From Eledone cirrhosa (taxonomy: Eukaryota): a stretch of DNA of 64,000 nucleotides. Below the pieces are notes generated by a model, which was not told the origin of the DNA, ran no database searches, and saw nothing but the letters and a program-made list of their open reading frames with translations. The stretch spans positions 39,060,001 to 39,124,000 of the forward strand of contig OZ024758.1 in NCBI GenBank assembly GCA_964016885.1, in the 5' to 3' direction. A program made the translations under genes and the position numbers. Shown here in pieces: positions 25,901 to 37,900 of the stretch; position 1 is the stretch's first letter, and each line of letters starts with the position of its first letter.

Positions 25901-28900
25901 TGAGAATTCATTTAAGTTCATGGTACTAGCTGTCAGAAGTCACTCCACTGTTGGTGAGAATACATTTAAGTTCATGGTACTAGCTGTCAGAAGTAACCCC
26001 AATGTTGGTGAGAATTCATTTAAGTTCATGGTATTAGCTGTCAGAAGACACTCCAATGTTGGTGAGAATTCATTTAAGTTCATGGTATTAGCTGTCAGAA
26101 GTAACTCCACTGTTGGTAAGAATTCATTTAAGTTCATGGTATTTGCTGTCAGAAGTAACTCCACTGTTGGTGAGAATTCATTTAAGTTCATGGTATTAGC
26201 TGTCAGAAGGAACGCCACTGTTGGTGAGAATTCATTTAAGTTCATGGTATTAGCTGTCAGAAGTAACTCCACTGTTGGTGAGAATTCATTTAAGTTCATG
26301 GTACTAGCTGTCAGAAGTAACTCCACTGTTGGTGAGAATTCATTTAAGTTCATGGTATTAGCTGTCAGAAGTCACTCCAATGTTGGTGAGAATTCATTTA
26401 AGTTCATGGTATTAGCTGTCAGAAGTCACTCCACTGTTGGTAAGAATTCATTTAAGTTCATGGTATTAGCTGTCAGAAGTAACTCCACTGTTGGTGAGAA
26501 TTCATTTAAGTTCATGGTATTAGCTGTCAGAAGGAACGCCACTGTTGGTGAGAATTCATTTAAGTTCATGGTATTAGCTGTCAGAAGTAACTCCACTGTT
26601 GGTGAGAATTCATTTAAGTTCATGGTACTAGCTGTCAGAAGTAACTCCACTGTTGGTGAGAATTCATTTAAGTTCATGGTATATAGCTGTCAGAAGTCAC
26701 TCCAATGTTGGTGAGAATTCATTTAAGTTCATGGTATTAGCTGTCAGAAGTCACTCCACTGTTGGTGAGAATTCATTTAAGTTCATGGTACTAGCCGTCA
26801 GAAGTAACCCCAATGTTGGTGAGAATTCATTTAAGTTCATGGTATTAGCTGTCAGAAGTCACTCCAATGTTGGTGAGAATTCATTTAAGTTCATGGTATT
26901 AGCTGTCAGAAGTAACTCCACTGTTGGTGAGAATTCATTTAAGTTCATGGTATTAGCTGTCAGAAGTAACTCCACTGTTGGTGAGAATTCATTTAAGTTC
27001 ATGGTATTAGCTGTCAGAAGTAACTCCACTGTTGGTGAGAATTCATTTAAGTCATGGTATTAGCTGTCAGAAGTAACTCCAATGTTGGTGAGAATTCATT
27101 TAAGTTCATGGTATTAGCTGTCAGAAGTCACTCCACTGTTGGTGAGAATTCATTTAAGTTCATGGTACTAGCTGTCAGAAGTAACCCCAATGTTGGTGAG
27201 AATTCATTTAAGTTCATGGTATTAGCTGTCAGAAGTCACTCCAATGTTGGTGAGAATTCATTTAAGTTCATGGTATTAGCTGTCAGAAGTAACTCCACTG
27301 TTGGTGAGAATTCATTTAAGTTCATGGTATTAGCTGTCAGAAGTAACTCCACTGTTGGTGAGAATTCATTTAAGTTCATGGTATTAGCTGTCAGAAGTAA
27401 CTCCACTGTTGGTGAGAATTCATTTAAGTTCATGGTATTAGCTGTCAGAAGGAACTCCAATGTTGGTGAGAATTCATTTAAGTCATGGTACTAGCTGTCA
27501 GAAGTAACTCCACTGTTGGTGAGAATTCATTTAAGTTCATGGTATTAGCTGTCAGAAGGAACGCCACTGTTGGTGAGAATTCATTTAAATTCATGGTATT
27601 AGCTGTCAGAAGTAACTCCACTGTTGGTGAGAATTCATTTAAGTTCATGGTACTAGCTGTCAGAAGTAACTCCAATGTTGGTGAGAATTCATTTAAGTTC
27701 ATGGTATTAGCTGTCAGAAGTAACTCCACTGTTGGTGAGAATTCATTTAAGTTCATGGTATTAGCTGTCAGAAGTCACTCCAATGTTGGTGAGAATTCAT
27801 TTAAGTCATGGTACTAGCTGTCAGAAGTAACTCCACTGTTGGTGAGAATTCATTTAAGTTCATTGTATTAGCTGTCAGAAGGAACGCCACTGTTGGTGAG
27901 AATTCATTTCAGTTCATGGTATTAGCTGTCAGAAGTAACTCCACTTTTGGTGAGAATTCATTTAAGTTCATGGTACTAGCTGTCAGAAGTAACTCCAATG
28001 TTGGTGAGAATTCATTTAAGTTCATGGTATTAGCTGTCAGAAGGAACTCCACTGTTGCTGAGAATTCATTTAAGTTCATGGTATTAGCTGTCAGAAGTAA
28101 CTCCACTGTTGGTGAGAATTCATTTAAGTTCATGGTACTAGCTGTCAGAAGTCACTCCACTGTTGGTGAGAATACATTTAAGTTCATGGTACTAGCTGTC
28201 AGAAGTAACCCCAATGTTGGTGAGAATTCATTTAAGTTCATGGTATTAGCTGTCAGAAGTAACTCCACTGTTGGTGAGAATTCATTTAAGTTCATGGTAC
28301 TAGCTGTCAGAAGTAACTCCAATGTTGGTGAGAATTCATTTAAGTTCATGGTATTAGCTGTCAGAAGTAACCCCAATGTTGGTGAGAATTCATTTAAGTT
28401 CATGGTATTAGCTGTCAGAAGTCACTCCAATGTTGGTGAGAATTCATTTAAGTTCATGGTATTAGCTGTCAGAAGTAACTCCACTGTTGGTAAGAATTCA
28501 TTTAAGTTCATGGTATTAGCTGTCAGAAGTAACTCCACTGTTGGTGAGAATTCATTTAAGTTCATGGTATTAGCTGTCAGAAGGAACGCCACTGTTGGTG
28601 AGAATTCATTTAAGTTCATGGTATTAGCTGTCAGAAGTAACTCCACTGTTGGTGAGAATTCATTTAAGTTCATGGTACTAGCTGTCAGAAGTAACTCCAC
28701 TGTTGGTGAGAATTCATTTAAGTTCATGGTATTAGCTGTCAGAAGTCACTCCAATGTTGGTGAGAATTCATTTAAGTTCATGGTATTAGCTGTCAGAAGT
28801 CACTCCACTGTTGGTGAGAATTCATTTAAGTTCATGGTACTAGCTGTCAGAAGTAACCCCAGTGTTGGTGAGAATTCATTTAAGTTCATGGTATTAGCTG

Positions 28901-31900
28901 TCAGAAGTCACTCCAATGTTGGTGAGAATTCATTTAAGTTCATGGTATTAGCTGTCAGAAGTAACTCCACTGTTGGTGAGAATTCATTTAAGTTCATGGT
29001 ATTAGCTGTCAGAAGTAACTCCACTGTTGGTGAGAATTCATTTAAGTTCATGGTATTAGCTGTCAGAAGTAACTCCACTGTTGGTGAGAATTCATTTAAG
29101 TCATGGTATTAGCTGTCAGAAGTCACTCCAATGTTGGTGAGAATTCATTTAAGTTCATGGTATTAGCTGTCAGAAGTAACTCCACTGTTGGTGAGAATTC
29201 ATTTAAGTTCATGGTATTAGCTGTCAGAAGTAACTCCACTGTTGGTGAGAATTCATTTAAGTTCATGGTATTAGCTGTCAGAAGTAACTCCACTGTTGGT
29301 GAGAATTCATTTAAGTTCATGGTATTAGCTGTCAGAAGGAACTCCAATGTTGGTGAGAATTCATTTAAGTCATGGTACTAGCTGTCAGAAGTAACTCCAC
29401 TGTTGGTGAGAATTCATTTAAGTTCATGGTATTAGCTGTCAGAAGGAACGCCAGTGTTGGTGAGAATTCATTTAAATTCATGGTATTAGCTGTCAGAAGT
29501 AACTCCACTGTTGGTGAGAATTCATTTAAGTTCATGGTACTAGCTGTCAGAAGTAACTCCAATGTTGGTGAGAATTCATTTAAGTTCATGGTATTAGCTG
29601 TCAGAAGTAACTCCACTGTTGGTGAGAATTCATTTAAGTTCATGGTATTAGCTGTCAGAAGTCACTCCAATGTTGGTGAGAATTCATTTAAGTCATGGTA
29701 CTAGCTGTCAGAAGTAACTCCACTGTTGGTGAGAATTCATTTAAGTTCATTGTATTAGCTGTCAGAAGGAACGCCACTGTTGGTGAGAATTCATTTAAGT
29801 TCATGGTATTAGCTGTCAGAAGTAACTCCACTGTTGGTGAGAATTCATTTAAGTTCATGGTACTAGCTGTCAGAAGTAACTCCAATGTTGGTGAGAATTC
29901 ATTTAAGTTCATGGTATTAGCTGTCAGAAGTAACCCCAATGTTGGTGAGAATTCATTTAAGTTCATGGTATTAGCTGTCAGAAGTAACTCCACTGTTGGT
30001 GAGAATTCATTTAAGTTCATGGTACTAGCTGTCAGAAGTAACTCCAATGTTGGTGAGAATTCATTTAAGTTCATGGTATTAGCTGTCAGAAGGAACTCCA
30101 CTGTTGCTGAGAATTCATTTAAGTTCATGGTATTAGCTGTCAGAAGTAACTCCACTGTTGGTGAGAATTCATTTAAGTTCATGGTACTAGCTGTCAGAAG
30201 TCACTCCACTGTTGGTGAGAATACATTTAAGTTCATGGTACTAGCTGTCGGAAGTAACCCCAATGTTGGTGAGAATTCATTTAAGTTTATGGTATTAGCT
30301 GTCAGAAGTCACTCCAATGTTGGTGAGAATTCATTTAAGTTCATGGTATTAGCTGTCAGAAGTAACTCCACTGTTGGTAAGAATTCATTTAAGTTCATGG
30401 TATTAGCTGTCAGAAGTAACTCCACTGTTGGTGAGAATTCATTTAAGTTCATGGTATTAGCTGTCAGAAGGAACGCCACTGTTGGTGAGAATTCATTTAA
30501 GTTCATGGTATTAGCTGTCAGAAGTAACTCCACTGTTGGTGAGAATTCATTTAAGTTCATGGTACTAGCTGTCAGAAGTAACTCCAATGTTGGTGAGAAT
30601 TCATTTAAGTTCATGGTATTAGCTGTCAGAAGTAACTCCACTGTTGGTGAGAATTCATTTAAGTTCATGGTATTAGCTGTCAGAAGTCACTCCAATGTTG
30701 GTGAGAATTCATTTAAGTCATGGTACTAGCTGTCAGAAGTAACTCCACTGTTGGTGAGAATTCATTTAAGTTCATTGTATTAGCTGTCAGAAGGAACGCC
30801 ACTGTTGGTGAGAATTCATTTAAGTTCATGGTATTAGCTGTCAGAAGTAACTCCACTGTTGGTGAGAATTCATTTAAGTTCATGGTACTAGCTGTCAGAA
30901 GTAACTCCAATGTTGGTGAGAATTCATTTAAGTTCATGGTATTAGCTGTCAGAAGTAACCCCAATGTTTGTGAGAATTCATTTAAGTTCATGGTATTAGC
31001 TGTCAGAAGTAACTCCACTGTTGGTGAGAATTCATTTAAGTTCATGGTACTAGCTGTCAGAAGTAACTCCAATGTTGGTGAGAATTCATTTAAGTTCATG
31101 GTATTAGCTGTCAGAAGGAACTCCACTGTTGCTGAGAATTCATTTAAGTTCATGGTATTAGCTGTCAGAAGTAACTCCACTGTTGGTGAGAATTCATTTA
31201 AGTTCATGGTACTAGCTGTCAGAAGTCACTCCACTGTTGGTGAGAATACATTTAAGTTCATGGTACTAGCTGTCAGAAGTAACCCCAATGTTGGTGAGAA
31301 TTCATTTAAGTTCATGGTATTAGCTGTCAGAAGTCACTCCAATGTTGGTGAGAATTCATTTAAGTTCATGGTATTAGCTGTCAGAAGTAACTCCACTGTT
31401 GGTAAGAATTCATTTAAGTTCATGGTATTAGCTGTCAGAAGTAACTCCACTGTTGGTGAGAATTCATTTAAGTTCATGGTATTAGCTGTCAGAAGGAACG
31501 CCACTGTTGGTGAGAATTCATTTAAGTTCATGGTATTAGCTGTCAGAAGTAACTCCACTGTTGGTGAGAATTCATTTAAGTTCATGGTACTAGCTGTCAG
31601 AAGTAACTCCACTGTTGGTGAGAATTCATTTAAGTTCATGGTATTAGCTGTCAGAAGTCACTCCAATGTTGGTGAGAATTCATTTAAGTTCATGGTATTA
31701 GCTGTCAGAAGTCACTCCACTGTTGGTGAGAATTCATTTAAGTTCATGGTACTAGCTGTCAGAAGTAACCCCAATGTTGGTGAGAATTCATTTAAGTTCA
31801 TGGTATTAGCTGTCAGAAGTCACTCCAATGTTGGTGAGAATTCATTTAAGTTCATGGTATTAGCTGTCAGAAGTAACTCCACTGTTGGTGAGAATTCATT

Positions 31901-34900
31901 TAAGTTCATGGTATTAGCTGTCAGAAGTAACTCCACTGTTGGTGAGAATTCATTTAAGTTGATGGTATTAGCTGTCAGAAGTAACTCCACTGTTGGTGAG
32001 AATTCATTTAAGTCATGGTATTAGCTGTCAGAAGTAACTCCAATGTTGGTGAGAATTCATTTAAGTTCATGGTATTAGCTGTCAGAAGTCACTCCACTGT
32101 TGGTGAGAATTCATTTAAGTTCATGGTACTAGCTGTCAGAAGTAACCCCAATGTTGGTGAGAATTCATTTAAGTTCATGGTATTAGCTGTCAGAAGTCAC
32201 TCCAATGTTGGTGAGAATTCATTTAAGTTCATGGTATTAGCTGTCAGAAGTAACTCCACTATTGGTGAGAATTCATTTAAGTTCATGGTATTAGCTGTCA
32301 GAAGTAACTCCACTGTTGGTGAGAATTCATTTAAGTTCATGGTATTAGCTGTCAGAAGTAACTCCACTGTTGGTGAGAATTCATTTAAGTTCATGGTATT
32401 AGCTGTCAGAAGGAACTCCAATGTTGGTGAGAATTCATTTAAGTCATGGTACTAGCTGTCAGAAGTAACTCCACTGTTGGTGAGAATTCATTTAAGTTCA
32501 TGGTATTAGCTGTCAGAAGGAACGCCACTGTTGGTGAGAATTCATTTAAATTCATGGTATTAGCTGTCAGAAGTAACTCCACTGTTGGTGAGAATTCATT
32601 TAAGTTCATGGTACTAGCTGTCAGAAGTAACTCCAATGTTGGTGAGAATTCATTTAAGTTCATGGTATTAGCTGTCAGAAGTAACTCCACTATTGGTGAG
32701 AATTCATTTAAGTTCATGGTATTAGCTGTCAGAAGTCACTCCAATGTTGGTGAGAATTCATTTAAGTCATGGTATTAGCTGTCAGAAGTAACTCCACTGT
32801 TGGTGAGAATTCATTTAAATTCATGGTATTAGCTGTCAGAAGTAACTCCACTGTTGGTGAGAATTCATTTAAGTTCATGGTACTAGCTGTCAGAAGTAAC
32901 TCCAATGTTGGTGAGAATTCATTTAAGTTCATGGTATTAGCTGTCAGAAGTAACTCCACTGTTGGTGAGAATTCATTTAAGTTCATGGTATTAGCTGTCA
33001 GAAGTCACTCCAATGTTGGTGAGAATTCATTTAAGTCATGGTACTAGCTGTCAGAAGTAACTCCACTGTTGGTGAGAATTCATTTAAGTTCATTGTATTA
33101 GCTGTCAGAAGGAACGCCACTGTTGGTGAGAATTCATTTAAGTTCATGGTACTAGCTGTCAGAAGTAACTCCAATGTTGGTGAGAATTCATTTAAGTTCA
33201 TGGTATTAGCTGTCAGAAGTAACCCCAATGTTGGTGAGAATTCATTTAAGTTCATGGTATTAGCTGTCAGAAGTAACTCCACTGTTGGTGAGAATTCATT
33301 TAAGTTCATGGTACTAGCTGTCAGAAGTAACTCCAATGTTGGTGAGAATTCATTTAAGTTCATGGTATTAGCTGTCAGAAGGAACTCCACTGTTGCTGAG
33401 AATTCATTTAAGTTCATGGTATTAGCTGTCAGAAGTAACTCCACTGTTGGTGAGAATTCATTTAAGTTCATGGTACTAGCTGTCAGAAGTCACTCCACTG
33501 TTGGTGAGAATACATTTAAGTTCATGGTACTAGCTGTCAGAAGTAACCCCAATGTTGGTGAGAATTCATTTAAGTTCATGGTATTAGCTGTCAGAAGTCA
33601 CTCCAATGTTGGTGAGAATTCATTTAAGTTCATGGTATTAGCTGTCAGAAGTAACTCCACTGTTGGTAAGAATTCATTTAAGTTCATGGTATTAGCTGTC
33701 AGAAGTAACTCCACTGTTGGTGAGAATTCATTTAAGTTCATGGTATTAGCTGTCAGAAGGAACGCCACTGTTGGTGAGAATTCATTTAAGTTCATGGTAT
33801 TAGCTGTCAGAAGTAACTCCACTGTTGGTGAGAATTCATTTAAGTTCATGGTACTAGCTGTCAGAAGTAACTCCACTGTTGGTGAGAATTCATTTAAGTT
33901 CATGGTATTAGCTGTCAGAAGTCACTCCAATGTTGGTGAGAATTCATTTAAGTTCATGGTATTAGCTGTCAGAAGTCACTCCACTGTTGGTGAGAATTCA
34001 TTTAAGTTCATGGTACTATCTGTCAGAAGTAACCCCAATGTTGGTGAGAATTCATTTAAGTTCATGGTATTAGCTGTCAGAAGTCACTCCAATGTTGGTG
34101 AGAATTCATTTAAGTTCATGGTATTAGCTGTCAGAAGTAACTCCACTGTTGGTGAGAATTCATTTAAGTTCATGGTATTAGCTGTCAGAAGTAACTCCAC
34201 TGTTGGTGAGAATTCATTTAAGTTCATGGTATTAGCTGTCAGAAGTAACTCCACTGTTGGTGAGAATTCATTTAAGTCATGGTATTAGCTGTCAGAAGTA
34301 ACTCCAATGTTGGTGAGAATTCATTTAAGTCCATGGTATTAGCTGTCAGAAGTCACTCCACTGTTGGTGAGAATTCATTTAAGTTCATGGTACTAGCTGT
34401 CAGAAGTAACCCCAATGTTGGTGAGAATTCATTTAAGTTCATGGTATTAGCTGTCAGAAGTCACTCCAATGTTGGTGAGAATTCATTTAAGTTCATGGTA
34501 TTAGCTGTCAGAAGTAACTCCACTGTTGGTGAGAATTCATTTAAGTTCATGGTATTAGCTGTCAGAAGTAACTCCACTGTTGGTGAGAATTCATTTAAGT
34601 TCATGGTATTAGCTGTGAGAAGTAACTCCACTGTTGGTGAGAATTCATTTAAGTTCATGGTATTAGCTGTCAGAAGGAACTCCAATGTTGGTGAGAATTC
34701 ATTTAAGTCATGGTACTAGCTGTCAGAAGTAACTCCACTGTTGGTGAGAATTCATTTAAGTTCATGGTATTAGCTGTCAGAAGGAACGCCACTGTTGGTG
34801 AGAATTCATTTAAATTCATGGTATTAGCTGTCAGAAGTAACTCCACTGTTGGTGAGAATTCATTTAAGTTCATGGTACTAGCTGTCAGAAGTAACTCCAA

Positions 34901-34989
34901 TGTTGGTGAGAATTCATTTAAGTTCATGGTATTAGCTGTCAGAAGTAACTCCACTATTGGTGAGAATTCATTTAAGTTCATGGTATTAG

Positions 34990-37900
34990 CTGTCAGAAGT
35001 CACTCCAATGTTGGTGAGAATTCATTTAAGTCATGGTACTAGCTGTCAGAAGTAACTCCACTGTTGGTGAGAATTCATTTAAGTTCATTGTATTAGCTGT
35101 CAGAAGGAACGCCACTGTTGGTGAGAATTCATTTAAGTTCATGGTATTAGCTGTCAGAAGTAACTCCACTGTTGGTGAGAATTCATTTAAGTTCATGGTA
35201 CTAGCTGTCAGAAGTAACTCCAATGTTGGTGAGAATTCATTTAAGTTCATGGTATTAGCTGTCAGAAGGAACTCCACTGTTGCTGAGAATTCATTTAAGT
35301 TCATGGTATTAGCTGTCAGAAGTAACTCCACTGTTGGTGAGAATTCATTTAAGTTCATGGTACTAGCTGTCAGAAGTCACTCCACTGTTGGTGCGAATAC
35401 ATTTAAGTTCATGGTACTAGCTGTCAGAAGTAACCCCAATGTTGGTGAGAATTCATTTAAGTTCATGGTATTAGCTGTCAGAAGTCACTCCAATGTTCGT
35501 GAGAATTCATTTAAGTTCATGGTATTAGCTGTCAGAAGTAACTCCACTGTTGGTAAGAATTCATTTAAGTTCATGGTATTAGCTGTCAGAAGTCACTCCA
35601 CTGGTGGTGAGAATTCATTTAAGTTCATGGTATTAGCTGTCAGAAGTCACTCCAATGTTGGTGAGAATTCATTTAAGTTCATGGTATTAGCTGTCAGAAG
35701 TAACTCCACTGTTGGTGAGAATTCATTTAAGTTCATGGTATTAGCTGTCAGAAGTAACTCCACTGTTGGTGAGAATTCATTTAAGTTCATGGTATTAGCT
35801 GTCAGAAGTAACTCCACTGTTGGTGAGAATTCATTTAAGTCATGCTATTAGCTGTCAGAAGTAACTCCAATGTTGGTGAGAATTCATTTAAGTTCATGGT
35901 ATTAGCTGTCAGAAGTCACTCCACTGTTGGTGAGAATTCATTTAAGTTCATGGTACTAGCTGTCAGAAGTAACCCCAATGTTGGTGAGAATTCATTTAAG
36001 TTCATGGTATTAGCTGTCAGAAGTCACTCCAATGTTGGTGAGAATTCATTTAAGTTCATGGTATTAGCTGTCAGAAGTAACTCCACTGTTGGTGAGAATT
36101 CATTTAAGTTCATGGTATTAGCTGTCAGAAGTAACTCCACTGTTGGTGAGAATTCATTTAAGTTCATGGTATTAGCTGTCAGAAGTAACTCCACTGTTGG
36201 TGAGAATTCATTTAAGTTCATGGTATTAGCTGTCAGAAGTAACTCCACTGTTGGTGAGAATTCATTTAAGTTCATGGTATTAGCTGTCAGAAGGAACGCC
36301 ACTGTTGGTGAGAATTCATTTAAATTCATGGTATTAGCTGTCAGAAGTAACTCCACTGTTGGTGAGAATTCATTTAAGTTCATGGTACTAGCTGTCAGAA
36401 GTAACTCCAATGTTGGTGAGAATTCATTTAAGTTCATGGTATTAGCTGTCAGAAGGAATTCCACTGTTGCTGAGAATTCATTTAAGTTCATGGTATTAGC
36501 TGTCAGAAGTAACTCCACTGTTGGTGAGAATTCATTTAAGTTCATGGTACTAGCTGTCAGAAGTAACTCCACTGTTGGTGAGAATTCATTTAAGTTCATG
36601 GTACTAACTGTCAGAAGTAACCCCAATGTTGGTGAGAATTCATTTAAGTTCATGGTATTAGCTGTCAGAAGTCACTCCAATGTTGGTGAGAATACATTTA
36701 AGTTCATGGTACTAGCTGTCAGAAGTAACCCCAATGTTGGTGAGAATTCATTTAAGTTCATGGTATTAGCTGTCAGAAGTCACTCCAATGTTGGTGAGAA
36801 TTCATTTAAGTTCATGGTATTAGCTGTCAGAAGTAACTCCACTGTTGGTAAGAATTCATTTAAGTTCATGGTATTAGCTGTCAGAAGTAACTCCACTGTT
36901 GGTGAGAATTCATTTAAGTTCATGGTATTAGCTGTCAGAAGTAACTCCACTGTTGGTGAGAATTCATTTAAGTTCATGGTACTAGCTGTCAGAAGTAACT
37001 CCACTGTTTGTGAGAATTCATTTAAGTTCATGGTATTAGCTGTCAGAAGTCACTCCAATGTTGGTGAGAATTCATTTAAGTTCATGGTATTAGCTGTCAG
37101 AAGTCACTCCACTGTTGGTGAGAATTCATTTAAGTTCATGGTACTAGCTGTCAGAAGTAACCCCAATGTTGGTGAGAATTCATTTAAGTTCATGGTATTA
37201 GCTGTCAGAAGTCACTCCAATGTTGGTGAGAATTCATTTAAGTTCATGGTATTAGCTGTCAGAAGTAACTGCACTGTTGGTGAGAATTCATTTAAGTTCA
37301 TGGTATTAGCTGTCCGAAGTAACTCCACTGTTGGTGAGAATTCATTTAAGTTCATGGTATTAGCTGTCAGAAGTAACTCCACTGTTGGTGAGAATTCATT
37401 TAAGTTCATGGTATTAGCTGTCAGAAGTAACTCCACAGTTGGTGAGAATTCATTTAAGTTCATGGTACTAGCTGTCAGAAGTAACTCCACTGTTGGTGAG
37501 AATTCATTTAAGTTCATGGTATTAGCTGTCAGAAGTCACTCCAATGTTGGTGAGAATTCATTTAAGTTCATGGTATTAGCTGTCAGAAGTCACTCCACTG
37601 TTGGTGAGAATTCATTTAAGTTCATGGTACTAGCTGTCAGAAGTAACCCCAATGTTGGTGAGAATTCATTTAAGTTCATGGTATTAGCTGTCAGAAGTCA
37701 CTCCAATGTTGGTGAGAATTCATTTAAGTTCATGGTATTAGCTGTCAGAAGTAACTCCACTGTTGGTGAGAATTCATTTAAGTTCATGGTATTAGCTGTC
37801 AGAAGTAACTCCACTGTTGGTGAGAATTCATTTAAGTTCATGGTATTAGCTGTCAGAAGTAACTCCACTGTTGGTGAGAATTCATTTAAGTTCATGGTAT

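Larger units (their letters stand above)
5300..27575. repeat. Tandem segmental duplication within the array: copy 1 ~5300-17220, copy 2 ~17221-27575 (10,355 bp)
   Basis: Private variants recur at +10,355: AACACC ~10572/20927, AGAAAG..GTCGGT ~13910/24265, AGTAGC ~14776/25131, TTTAGG 15071/25426, GTAGGT 15325/25680, AGACAC 15691/26046, TTTGCT 15787/26142, GTATATAG insertion ~16324/26679, GCCGTC ~16439/26794. The offset is 10,301 upstream of a one-monomer indel near 9363/19664. Confidence 0.93.
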
